From assembly GCA_963735145.1 (NCBI GenBank), contig CAVTJS010000003.1:2739194-2803193 (forward strand): a stretch of 64,000 nucleotides of DNA, written 5' to 3'. The stretch comes from Bryobacterales bacterium (GTDB taxonomy: Bacteria; Acidobacteriota; Terriglobia; Bryobacterales; Bryobacteraceae). Positions within the stretch are counted from its first letter, which is position 1; each line of letters starts with the position of its first letter. The translations under genes were made by a program, and so were the position numbers. The notes beneath the pieces were generated by a model. The model did no database searches. It saw only the letters and a program-made list of their open reading frames with translations, and was not told the DNA's origin. Of this stretch, positions 18,772 to 27,944 are shown piece by piece.

Positions 18772-20829
18772 ATGCGATCTGAATACGCGGCAGCAGGGCT
18801 AAACTCCTCTCACCAGCTCCACTTGCTCAGCAGCGCCCAACACGCCGACAAATTGTTGGGCGATGTCGAGTCGATCCTCTCCGCTTCCAAATCAAAATCC
18901 GCCTTCAAGAAATACAAGAGTTCACTATTGCCGGCACAGGCCAAAGTCGTCGAGGACTACGTGGCTCGAATACGGACACAGTTGGAGCGTGTCCTGGAAG
19001 CCGAAGGGATTCCGCTGCCGGAACCCGCTTTCGAGTCTGTCCACACTATGCGTGTGACGCTCGCCTTTGTCAGGATCGCGTTCCAAGAGTGCACACCGAA
19101 TCGGATGCGCGGCTACGGCGAGATCCCGGAATCCGAGGTACGCATGCTCAATGGCCTCGTGGATGAGATGGTCAGCGCTGTTGAAAAGCTGGATTCGTAT
19201 CTCGCACGAGGGCTGGTGGACGACTTGGAAGCGCATCTGGAGCGGCTAGCGCGGGCGGGGGCCGATGTCGGTTTGCTGCAGATCCTTGAGCGAATTATCA
19301 ACGAGCACGGATTCGTTGAATTCCGCCCGACACTTTCTATGATCATCGATCGCCTGGAAACGAAGACTTTTGAGATTGCTCTGTTCGGCCGTGTCAGTTC
19401 CGGCAAATCCTCATTACTGAACCATGTTGTCCAGTCTGAAATTCTTCCGGTGGGCGTTAACCCGATCACTGCCGTACCGACGCGGCTAGTCTATGGCGCC
19501 ACTCCGAATGTTAGCGTGTGGTACGCGGACAAGAATCCTGAAAGATTCGATGTTTCAAAATTGCCGGAGTTCGTAAGTGAACGGCATAATCCCTCCAACT
19601 ACAAGCACGTGACACGAATCCAGCTAGAGTTGCCGTCGCCGCGGCTGAGGGATGGCATAGTGCTTGTCGACACACCGGGCCTGGGATCTTTGGCTACGTC
19701 GGGGGCTGCGGAGACGCTCGCGTACTTGCCGCGTTGCGACCTGGGCGTCGTGTTGATCGATGGCGGGTCCACGCTCACCGAAGACGATCTCGCTACCATC
19801 CGAACGTTGTACGAAGCGGGCATTCCAGCCTCTGTGCTTCTGAGCAAGAGCGACCTCCTCGCTGGGGAAGACCGGCTTCGATCATCACAGTACATCTCGG
19901 AGCAGATCTCGGCTCAGCTCGGGCTCACGGTGCCGGTTCATCCGGTGAGCATCGAACCAACACACTCCTTTCTTCTCGATGCATGGCTAACGGAAGTAAT
20001 TCTTCCGCTCTACGACAAGAACCTACAACTGATGCGGGAGTCCCTGTTCCGGAAGATTGGATCACTGCGAGGGGCAGTGGAAACCGCTTTAAAGCTCCGG
20101 CTCGATCGTACGCGGTTGTCCGACGGAGCGCCGGATCAAAGTCCAGAAGACCTCGCTGCCGTAGACAGCAGGCTCAGGATGGCCGCCGGCCGAATTGCGG
20201 AGGCTCGCGAGCTTTGCTTCCAGATTACTTACGCCGTTCGCGGCTATGGTGAACAGGCCTTGAGCAATGCGGCAAGTCGCTTAACGCAAACAGGCCTTCC
20301 CAGCACTGTCGTTCAAGAAGCGTTGGAGCAGAGCGCGGCTGAAAAGGCCGGCGAAGTATTTCGCGCTCTGAAGGAAGCTGCCAGCGAACTGGGCGGCACC
20401 TTGGAGTCTACAGCGCGGGCGCTCCATTTCGCGGAGTCAAACCAGGAAGAAGATCTCGCGGCCGCCATCCAGGAACTGCCAAAACTCGACCTCGGTGCAT
20501 TGGACATTGACGTGAAACCGGGCCTGTTCTTGAAGGTATCGAGGCGTCTCTCGATCCACAAGGTCGAAAGAGAATTGCGGCGTCAGATCGGGCAACGTGT
20601 TTCAGAGGCGTTTTCAAGTTTCGGAAGCATGTTGGACACCTGGTCACGGCGGACACTGAGCGAATTGCAGGTTCGATTCGATGCCGAAGCGGATGCCTAC
20701 CGCGCTCACATCAATCGCCTGGCTACGCGCGGGAAGGTTTCGACGGGCGAACAATCCGCTATTGCGCGCGACCTGGATCTGCTCGCGGAACCGGCCGGCA
20801 ATACGACCGCGGAGATCACAACTCGATGA
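18772..20829 (+). CDS. bacterial dynamin-like GTPase (BDLP) with a long helical N-terminal extension
   Basis: 685-aa ORF. G1 is FGRVSSGKSSLLN, G3 is VDTPGLGS and G4 is LLSKSDLL, followed by a long helical stalk. About 200 aa precede the GTPase domain. Confidence 0.8.
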   Translation: MRSEYAAAGLNSSHQLHLLSSAQHADKLLGDVESILSASKSKSAFKKYKSSLLPAQAKVVEDYVARIRTQLERVLEAEGIPLPEPAFESVHTMRVTLAFVRIAFQECTPNRMRGYGEIPESEVRMLNGLVDEMVSAVEKLDSYLARGLVDDLEAHLERLARAGADVGLLQILERIINEHGFVEFRPTLSMIIDRLETKTFEIALFGRVSSGKSSLLNHVVQSEILPVGVNPITAVPTRLVYGATPNVSVWYADKNPERFDVSKLPEFVSERHNPSNYKHVTRIQLELPSPRLRDGIVLVDTPGLGSLATSGAAETLAYLPRCDLGVVLIDGGSTLTEDDLATIRTLYEAGIPASVLLSKSDLLAGEDRLRSSQYISEQISAQLGLTVPVHPVSIEPTHSFLLDAWLTEVILPLYDKNLQLMRESLFRKIGSLRGAVETALKLRLDRTRLSDGAPDQSPEDLAAVDSRLRMAAGRIAEARELCFQITYAVRGYGEQALSNAASRLTQTGLPSTVVQEALEQSAAEKAGEVFRALKEAASELGGTLESTARALHFAESNQEEDLAAAIQELPKLDLGALDIDVKPGLFLKVSRRLSIHKVERELRRQIGQRVSEAFSSFGSMLDTWSRRTLSELQVRFDAEADAYRAHINRLATRGKVSTGEQSAIARDLDLLAEPAGNTTAEITTR

Positions 20830-20863
20830 TGCCAGATGCCGACTCGCGCGAGTACGCTTTCGC

Positions 20864-21286
20864 TTATCTGATTCGATCCGCGGAAGACGTGCCCGCCGAC
20901 TTTCCGATCCCCGAGCCGGCGCGTTTTCGAGCCCGGCCTGTTTCTGCCACGTGACGGCGCGGACTGGTTTGGACGGCGTGCATATCCGCCCCGCATTTTG
21001 TTGTTAGATGCGGATGCAATTCTTGTGTTGACTCATCCACGCTATAACGAGTCGCCTGTGCGACTGCTGCCGGACATCGCGTTTTACGAAGCTGTCCAAA
21101 GTACGTATCCTCGACCTCCTTCTCTTCGTCAACCTCCAGCATGGTTTCCGCGTAGCGGGGCAGATCCTCTTCGACGCTGATCATATGGAGGCTCGCATGG
21201 AGGCGCAACGTAAGTTCCACCGCTGTGTCAAACGCCTTCTGGGCTCCGTCCGAACCATCGTGGGCAACCAGAATCCGTTCAAACAT
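20864..21286 (-). pseudogene. universal stress protein (UspA family), probably decayed in its C-terminal half
   Basis: The N-terminus MFERILVAHDGSDGAQKAFDTAVELTLRLHASLHMISVEE is a typical Usp. After about residue 70 the sequence loses Usp character, although Usp-like strings (..GSTADRI-like SAGTSSADRI) reappear. The ATG lies 2 nt from the IS end. Confidence 0.55.
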
Positions 21287-21288
21287 TC

Positions 21289-21307
21289 TAGCAGCGTGAG
21301 GTGAAAC
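21289..21307. repeat. IS terminal inverted repeat (left)
   Basis: TAGCAGCGTGAGGTGAAAC. The reverse complement of 22752-22770 is TAGCAGCGCGTGGTGAAAC. Confidence 0.8.
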
Positions 21308-21316
21308 TGGCTGTTT

Positions 21317-22705
21317 TCACTGCGCGACGGTAATCATCTGAGCCGGGTCGGCAAGAGTCATTAAGTCGCCGAACCTTGTGACGAGTGTCGCTGGCGTAGA
21401 CCAGCCGCGGATAGAGGCGAGCACGGCCGAAAAAATGGCAGCCCGTGTACTCGCCAGGCCACGCGGCGTGCCTTTTCCGAACAGTTGTCGCATTAACAAT
21501 CCAAGATTGGCCGCGCCCGAGTGCACCACCAAGCGCTTGAGAATGTTTTCCCGGCCGCGCAAATGTAGGCGACGCATCCCGCCCCGATCATACAAGTGTT
21601 GATTCCATCGCTCCAGCTTCTCGCCGCGCTGGCGTAACAGCCGGAGGCCTCGCTCTCCACGAATGCGCCGTCGATTCGCATACACCGCTTGTTGTTCCCG
21701 CTGTTGCCCTCCCCACTGTTGCGGTCCGCGATTGGGTTCCGAGCAGTACGTGCGCAAGCCCCACTCGGTGAGTTCGTTTACCAGCGCGCGACTGTGATAA
21801 CCCTTGTCGGTGACCACTTCGCGCGGCCCGTCCGTGCTGACCTGCTTCACAACATCATCGCCGTTGGCATCCGCCACCACACTCGTGATGCGCTCGCCTG
21901 CTTCGGCTACCGTTTCGGGAATCGTTGCCGTGTCTCCAACGTCTGCCCCGTGCAGCGTTACGGCGACAATCGCCCCGGTCTCCATGTCTACCGCGTGCTC
22001 GGCCTTGTGAGCCAGATGCGTGCGTCCATCCTTCATCTTGGTGATGCGCGCATCGGGATCGTGCGGATGCGTCCAGTCATCGTTGGAACCCTTCTTGGGC
22101 CGCTTGCGATCCAACTTCGCCAACTGCTCACGCGTGGGAGTTTCGATGCCGCTTTCTTTGGCCAGCCGCACCAGAAACTCCTCGTAGCGCTCTCCGGTGT
22201 CGCGCCGCACAATCGACCGTAGCGCCGCATTGGCTTCCAGAGTCGTCGCGTCTACCCCGATCGTCGTCCCCTTCAGCAGCTTCTTTTCGGCCAACACCTG
22301 CAGCACCCACTGGAACACCGCCTGATGCGTGTCCACATCCATCAGCCGCCGGGTGCGCGAGATCGTCGAATGATCCGGCACGCTTTCGTCCAGCGCGATC
22401 CTCACGAACGATCGAATCGACAGACTATCGCTGGCCCGCCATGCGATTCCGCGCTCCGAATCGATCCCTTCAAAATAGCCCACCATCAACAGCCGGAAAT
22501 AGATTCCCGGCGACAAGCCCGGCCGGCCCACCTCACCGGCGTAGAAATCCTCGCAAATCGTTTCGACGTACTCGTCGAACTTCTTCTCATCCAGAATCTG
22601 ATTCAGCCGTTGGTAAAACGGATGGCTTGCCCCTATCGGCAGCGCCGCAGTCGGTGTCCACAACCTCTCTTGCCGAACGCGCTTCTTTCGTCGTCCCATC
22701 GCCAT
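21317..22705 (-). CDS. DDE transposase (InsH-type N-terminal domain + DDE domain)
   Basis: 462-aa ORF. The N-terminus HPFYQRLNQILDEKKFDEYVE..GRPGLSPGIYFRLLMVGYFEGIDSERGIAW is typical of IS5/IS1182-like transposases. Candidate catalytic residues are in GVDATTLEANA and TDKGYHS. Confidence 0.85.
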   Translation of the reverse strand: MAMGRRKKRVRQERLWTPTAALPIGASHPFYQRLNQILDEKKFDEYVETICEDFYAGEVGRPGLSPGIYFRLLMVGYFEGIDSERGIAWRASDSLSIRSFVRIALDESVPDHSTISRTRRLMDVDTHQAVFQWVLQVLAEKKLLKGTTIGVDATTLEANAALRSIVRRDTGERYEEFLVRLAKESGIETPTREQLAKLDRKRPKKGSNDDWTHPHDPDARITKMKDGRTHLAHKAEHAVDMETGAIVAVTLHGADVGDTATIPETVAEAGERITSVVADANGDDVVKQVSTDGPREVVTDKGYHSRALVNELTEWGLRTYCSEPNRGPQQWGGQQREQQAVYANRRRIRGERGLRLLRQRGEKLERWNQHLYDRGGMRRLHLRGRENILKRLVVHSGAANLGLLMRQLFGKGTPRGLASTRAAIFSAVLASIRGWSTPATLVTRFGDLMTLADPAQMITVAQ

Positions 22706-22751
22706 GTTTGGAAGACGATCAAACTACGTCCAAGGTCACACAGGCAACGGC

Positions 22752-22770
22752 GTTTCACCACGCGCTGCTA
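22752..22770. repeat. IS terminal inverted repeat (right)
   Basis: GTTTCACCACGCGCTGCTA, which pairs with 21289-21307 (2 mismatches). Confidence 0.8.
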
Positions 22771-23103
22771 GGCCCTTGCCGCCTTCTGAATTCGCACAAT
22801 ACTCACGTCCGACATCGCGATCAACCCCTTGTCCATCATTTCTTCCAGGATGGGTAACAGCCGTTGGATGTTTTCCTCGGTATCGACGATCTGGACCAGG
22901 ATTGGCAAGTCATGCGTGAGGATATGAGACCGGTGAATCTCCGCCGTGTCGCCGTACCCTTCGAGGCCGCGGAAGACCGTGGCTCCGGCGATCTTCAGTT
23001 CCAGGCATTTGTGAACTATAGCCTCATAGAGCGGTTTGCCCTGGTGGCGGTCATGCTCGGTGAAATGCAAGCGCAGCAGTTTAGCTGGCTGATAGTTTTG
23101 CAT
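22768..23103 (-). CDS. DUF190 (PII-like fold) protein, single domain
   Basis: 111-aa ORF with the DUF190 signature (GKPLYEAIV..AGATVFRGLEGYG..LPILVQIVDTEENI). Its stop codon TAG is formed by the CTA at the IS junction. Confidence 0.75.
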   Translation of the reverse strand: MQNYQPAKLLRLHFTEHDRHQGKPLYEAIVHKCLELKIAGATVFRGLEGYGDTAEIHRSHILTHDLPILVQIVDTEENIQRLLPILEEMMDKGLIAMSDVSIVRIQKAARA

Positions 23104-23851
23104 CGATAGCCTCCGGCTTCGTATCCGCCTGCCTTGTATCCGTTAAAGAGTGGGGGTGAATGAGGCGAACCATGTCCACCTCCGATACTACGATGAGTCC
23201 GTCCTGCAACATTTCCTCAACCGCTTCCGCAGCCAGACTCATTTTCTCTTCCGTCTCGATGACTGCGATCACCATGGGCAGGTCGCGGCTGGTGTGCAGG
23301 CGATTCTGTTTATGCGTGTGTCCTTTTACTCCATATCCCAGGATGCCGCGGTAAACGGTGGCGCCGGATATATCCAGCATGCGGAGGCGTTTGACGATCG
23401 CGTCGTAGAGCGGTTCTCCGTTCCATCGATCCGCCTCGCCCAGGAAGATCCACATCAGTTTGGCCTTTCCGGCTTTGCGCTCATGCAGCTGCTTCGGTTC
23501 CAGTCGTCGTTTTTCCTTCGTGGCGATCTTGACGACGGTCGTATCCTGAACTTCGATGAGTCCGTCTGTGACCCTGTCGTAGAGAGTTGGAAGAAGTTCG
23601 TCCACCTTCTCCGCGGTCTCGATGAATTCGATTCTGAGCGGCAAATGTTCGGACCGCGCCTCCATGGTCGGCGTGTGTATCACCTTGTGCGCTCCAAAAC
23701 CAGCCAGGGCTCGTGTTACCGTGGCGCCCGAAACGTTCTTGTGCAAAAGGAAGGTGAGGATCGATTCGTAGATCGGGGCCAAATGGAACTGCGTGTCCTC
23801 ATTGACGTAGATCGTGACCTTCTTTGCGGTTCCCTTGGAAAGCATGGACAC
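23081..23851 (-). CDS. tandem double DUF190 (PII-like) protein
   Basis: 256-aa ORF with two DUF190 repeats (..SGATVTRALAGFG..LPLRIEFIETAEKV.. and ..SGATVYRGILGYG..LPMVIAVIETEEKM..). A strong RBS (AAGGAGGAGG) precedes the ATG. It overlaps the next gene by 23 nt. Confidence 0.75.
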   Translation of the reverse strand: MSMLSKGTAKKVTIYVNEDTQFHLAPIYESILTFLLHKNVSGATVTRALAGFGAHKVIHTPTMEARSEHLPLRIEFIETAEKVDELLPTLYDRVTDGLIEVQDTTVVKIATKEKRRLEPKQLHERKAGKAKLMWIFLGEADRWNGEPLYDAIVKRLRMLDISGATVYRGILGYGVKGHTHKQNRLHTSRDLPMVIAVIETEEKMSLAAEAVEEMLQDGLIVVSEVDMVRLIHPHSLTDTRQADTKPEAIDAKLSAS

Positions 23852-23862
23852 CTCCTCCTTAT

Positions 23863-25036
23863 TTACCCCTCCGCCTGTTCGGCCGGCTTGATCTTGGTTC
23901 CCATCCTTGCAGCCACGGTCGTCTTGGACGCGGCGCCGGGCAATAAGAAATAGGCATTTGCGATCGCGGTGGGAACAACTGCGCTTGCAATCACGGTCGC
24001 TACCAGGTGCGAATACTGTGTCTGATTGATGATCTGATGATTGAGCCCGAAGAGCGCTGAGTCAAGCCGGTAGACATCATCAACGAATAATACATGCCGT
24101 CATGCCCTACATAGTTAAACTTTGGTAACCAGCATCGTTACGAATACTAATGGCGCGGCGATAAGGGCCGGAACCGATACCAACGAACCGGCTCGGATGA
24201 AATAGAACGGCGTCAGAAGCCCGAATGTCAACGTGCGCAGCCGGCGGATCAGCACGTGGTCCTTCCCCACCGTCCCGGCTAGCACCATGCCAATGATATA
24301 AGCCGGCAACACTGCCTCACTTCCGGCCCAAGCCGCCAAGCCGCCCATACCGAAAAGCGTGAACAGGATGTATTTCGTCTCCAACTCAGACACTCGGCCG
24401 CCGTAACGCTCAAAAAACGATGGTGTCAGAAACGGTAAAATCGAAAACACCACAACGCTAACCAGGACGAAGATCAACGTCCTCATAGTGAACGGCGCAA
24501 AGATCAGGCCAAGAGCGATAACGTCCCAAGATCATTGACGAAGCAGGCCGCCAGAATCCCTTTGCCGAAATCGGTCTGATTCAGGCCAAACTCCAACATT
24601 ACCGAATAGACCACGGCAACCGATGTGGTTGAGAGAGCTACGCCTGCCAGCCAACTGGGCATGATGGCCCAACCGAGCACGAGTGAGCCACGGCGGCGGC
24701 GCCCAGGAACGGCGCGAAGAAGCCAACCAGCCCGACGACGAAGGCCTCCTTCCATTTGGTCCGAAAGATTCCCGGGTCCAACTCCGCGCCGGCCAGAAAC
24801 GTCAGGATGATCGCACCGGTCCCCGCCAGAAACGTGATCCACGAAGACGTTGCCCCCAGCGCCTGCGTTCCGATCAGCGCGCCGATGATCAACTGCGCGA
24901 CCGTTCCAACCACGATTTCCGAGAGCGCGGTCGAGATTCGAAACCAAATCGAAAGCATCGTCGCCACCAAGGCCAAAACCAGCCAAAGGGCCGCTACAAG
25001 CCAGACCTGTTCCATCGGCTTGCTCTCCTCTTTCAA
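23863..25036 (-). pseudogene. cation:proton antiporter (CPA-type Na+/H+ or K+/H+ exchanger) with at least four frameshifts
   Basis: Antiporter-like TM segments are spread over three frames: 24638-25036 (..LSEIVVGTVAQLIIG..FLAGAELDP..), 24504-24680 (..WLAGVALSTTSVAVVYSVMLEFGL..), 24115-24486 (..LPAYIIGMVLAG..FYFIRAGS..) and 23863-24110 (..LMMSTGLT.. then ALFGLNHQIINQTQYSHLVATVIASAVV..). Confidence 0.7.
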
Positions 25037-25158
25037 TACTTATTGGGAAACCGTTTCGGAGGTCTGAACAGATGCCCCTACAACAGTTACCCGTCGTAGG
25101 AGTCATTGTCCGTGTGGCACGGAATTAAGCGAACTCCACCGCTCGGATAAAGCATACA

Positions 25159-26859
25159 TTATCGAGGGCCGGTCCGCACGTTTCCTTCCTGTTCAATCGC
25201 TTTTCGAGCGGAATCCATCCGCTCCAGATGATTCTTGATCGCGGGTACGCGGTCGCTGCTGGCGGTTTCGATCAGTCCTTCCACCGTTGCGATCAGCTCG
25301 TCGAGGCGGCGCTCGGATTCTTTTCCAACACTCAGCAATGCGGCATTGATGCTCTCCTCCCATTGCGACGTGAGGCGGGAGATGTTCGCGTAGACAATCT
25401 CAGGAATCCTTCGGGTAAAGTGGCGTCTTACTAGAGATTTGATCAATACGACCGGCGCGACCGGCGACAGGAGCTCCCAATTACGATCGAATATCCGGCC
25501 CGCCCGAATGTCGGGTTCCTGCGGCTCTTGAACCTCGATTTCCACTTCGGTGGTGCGGAGCGGGATGCCAAATGCTCGCAGCGTACTCTCCGACAGCCGG
25601 TCACGAAATTCCTGGAGGTAACGAAGAACCTGCCTTCTGGCCTTTTCAAGCGGCTCGATGACCCGTGCGTGCTCCGCCAGCGATATTCGGGCTAATTCGG
25701 CCGATAACGTTCCTTCCAGCCAGTCTTCGAAGGAGCTAAGGAGAACAGCCAGGCTCTTGGTCCAAGCGGGAAACCTTGAGGCGAAATCCGTACGTAAACA
25801 GCGTTCGAGCTCCAGTTGGTGCGGCTCGAAGACGGCCGCTGCAATGGCGCGCGTGCCGCCCACGGCGTGGCGCACAATAAGGCGCAGCTCGCTCTTGACG
25901 TCGGCCATTACTTGCTTCTCGCCGATCACCTGCCTTTTCACTGCTTCACGCTCAGAATCTAGAAGCTCTGCTGACTTCAGATGCAACGCCACGTAATCGG
26001 AGCATTCTCTCAGCAACGTATCGATCTTGCGTGAGAGGATTGCGCTGCGGCGTCCCCCGAACTCGGTCAGAGTGCGGTCTATAACCTTCTGCTCCAATTG
26101 CTCGCGCAGTTCTTCGTATCCAGGACGAACAGAGTACGGAAGAATTTCCGGTGAACTCCCAAAGCTCTTGGTCAACCGGGTGCGGATGAAATCGAGGACT
26201 TCAGAGCGCTCTTCGGTGCGAAGCAGATCCACTTTAGTCAGCAGTACGGACACGTTCGGCGTGTACCGATACAGGTTCTTCAACAGCTCGATGTCTTGCT
26301 GGGAGAGCGGAGGATCTACGCTAACCGCAACCAAGGCCAAGCCCACGTTGGGCAGCCAGCTCAGAGACGCTTCGGTGTTGTGCGCAAGCACGCTCTCAAG
26401 GCCCGGCGTATCCACGAATATCAAGCCCGGAAACCGTGCCAGGCTAGGGAGTTCAACCCGGATGGTTGCCACTCGTTTGTAATTCTCTGCATTCTCACGC
26501 TCCGAGACGTAACTCGCGATTTCATTCAGGGGAATTTCGTTTACGCGTCCTTCCAGGAATCGGACTTCGGCTCTCTCGGCGGGGCCAAATCGAATTTCAG
26601 TGACTACCGTTGTTACAGGGACCACTCCGACGGGTAGCAGCGGGCGACCGAGGAAGTGATTCAGGAAGCTGCTCTTGCCGGCTTTGAATCGTCCGACGAT
26701 TGCGATTGTGATCTCAGCCTGCGTCAGAGCGGACTGGCACGAGGTAAGGAGGGCATTAATCGGAGAGAGCCCATAGCGCTCGGCGATTTCTGAGACCAGA
26801 TCGAGACCTTGGCTAAGCTGAGGATCGACGGAAGTGGCCTTTGAATTGGTCGAGAACAA
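25159..26859 (-). CDS. bacterial dynamin-like GTPase (BDLP)
   Basis: 566-aa ORF with a TTG start in the track. G1 is VGRFKAGKSSFLNHF, G3 is VDTPGLES and G4 is LLTKVDLL, followed by a helical stalk. It is a paralogue of 18772-20829. Confidence 0.8.
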   Translation of the reverse strand: MFSTNSKATSVDPQLSQGLDLVSEIAERYGLSPINALLTSCQSALTQAEITIAIVGRFKAGKSSFLNHFLGRPLLPVGVVPVTTVVTEIRFGPAERAEVRFLEGRVNEIPLNEIASYVSERENAENYKRVATIRVELPSLARFPGLIFVDTPGLESVLAHNTEASLSWLPNVGLALVAVSVDPPLSQQDIELLKNLYRYTPNVSVLLTKVDLLRTEERSEVLDFIRTRLTKSFGSSPEILPYSVRPGYEELREQLEQKVIDRTLTEFGGRRSAILSRKIDTLLRECSDYVALHLKSAELLDSEREAVKRQVIGEKQVMADVKSELRLIVRHAVGGTRAIAAAVFEPHQLELERCLRTDFASRFPAWTKSLAVLLSSFEDWLEGTLSAELARISLAEHARVIEPLEKARRQVLRYLQEFRDRLSESTLRAFGIPLRTTEVEIEVQEPQEPDIRAGRIFDRNWELLSPVAPVVLIKSLVRRHFTRRIPEIVYANISRLTSQWEESINAALLSVGKESERRLDELIATVEGLIETASSDRVPAIKNHLERMDSARKAIEQEGNVRTGPR

Positions 26860-26967
26860 GCCGCGCCTCTACGTTCGTAGGAGCCATCGTTCCCGAGAAT
26901 CACGCGGGACGGTTAATGGTAGAGCCCCATCACCCCAGGTTCATTACACCCGCATTGTAGCAATCAG

Positions 26968-27666
26968 CTAGGGTTCGCCCAGGCCGCCGTGGCGGAGGAC
27001 ATGCGCCAGACCAGCTTTGACCGCGGCCGGTATCGGCAGCGCATCGATCTTGCGAACGGTTTGCGCGAACGGATAATCGAAGGACCGAAGCTCGATCGTT
27101 CCATCGTCCCAAACGGCGTAGCAGGCTTGCGGCCTCCCGGTCTTCGGCTGGCCCAAGCTGCCAGGATTGACCACTCGACGGTCTCCGAAATGGCGATCAA
27201 ACACCAGGTGTGTATGTCCAACCAGCAGAATGTCTGCCTGCGCGAACTCCAACTCGCTTTCCCAGCGCGGTGAGTCGGGTGGACAGTATGTGAACAAGGG
27301 CTCTGAAGGAACCGCGTGGCACATGGATACCTTCATTCCGCGAAGCTCGCGGTCGGCCCGGAGAGGAAGGTCGCGCAGGAATTGCTTTTGTGGTTCTGAG
27401 AGAACTGAGTTTGTGTACTCCTGCATTGCCTGCGCCATCTCCCGGAACAGCGGTGAGCAGCGAGGATCTTCCTTGAACCCGATGGCATGATCGTGATTTC
27501 CTCGGATCACGATAGACGCGTTTGCTTTGACGAAATCGATGACTTCGGCCGGATTGGGGCCGTAGTTCACCAAGTCACCGAGTACCCAAACTTCGTCGAA
27601 ATTTTCCGGCAGCCCCGCGAGTGCCTCCAGATTTCCGTGAATGTCGGAGATAATGCCGATTTTCAT
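26968..27666 (-). CDS. YfcE/MJ0936-type metallophosphoesterase
   Basis: 232-aa ORF with the motifs ISDIHGN, VLGDLVNYG, RGNHD and VGHTH. Confidence 0.85.
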   Translation of the reverse strand: MKIGIISDIHGNLEALAGLPENFDEVWVLGDLVNYGPNPAEVIDFVKANASIVIRGNHDHAIGFKEDPRCSPLFREMAQAMQEYTNSVLSEPQKQFLRDLPLRADRELRGMKVSMCHAVPSEPLFTYCPPDSPRWESELEFAQADILLVGHTHLVFDRHFGDRRVVNPGSLGQPKTGRPQACYAVWDDGTIELRSFDYPFAQTVRKIDALPIPAAVKAGLAHVLRHGGLGEP

Positions 27667-27804
27667 TTAAGCGGGGAAATCGCGAAGCCGTCGCAAAGGT
27701 TGAGGGCCGGAGCCAACACCAATGGCTAACGATAGCATTTCGAATATGGTGGCCACATAGTCGCTGCTCGCCTTGGTGTTTCGTTATAGGAGAAGGCGCG
27801 AGCA

Positions 27805-27933
27805 TCAGAACATCATTCTTCCGCCGACGCAAAGGAGCACGACCAGCGCCATGCCGTAAGAAATGTTGAGCGACGTGTGCCGCTCGTTCGGAGGAGCCGC
27901 ATCTCGCCGACGGTTCGGTAGGTTTGGAAACAT
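27805..27933 (-). CDS. possible 42-aa small membrane protein
   Basis: An ATG lies 11 nt after the stop of the 607-aa gene. Translation: MFPNLPNRRRDAAPPNERHTSLNISYGMALVVLLCVGGRMMF, with one hydrophobic helix. There is no clear RBS, so this is speculative. Confidence 0.2.
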   Translation of the reverse strand: MFPNLPNRRRDAAPPNERHTSLNISYGMALVVLLCVGGRMMF

Positions 27934-27944
27934 TGTCACAGGCT

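Larger units (their letters stand above)
21289..22770 (-). mobile_element. complete insertion sequence, IS5/IS1182 superfamily (about 1.48 kb)
   Basis: A single transposase ORF is bracketed by 19-bp imperfect inverted repeats (17/19 identical). CTAG is present at both junctions (21288-21291 and 22768-22771) and could be a target duplication or part of the repeat. Boundaries are +/-2 nt. Confidence 0.85.
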
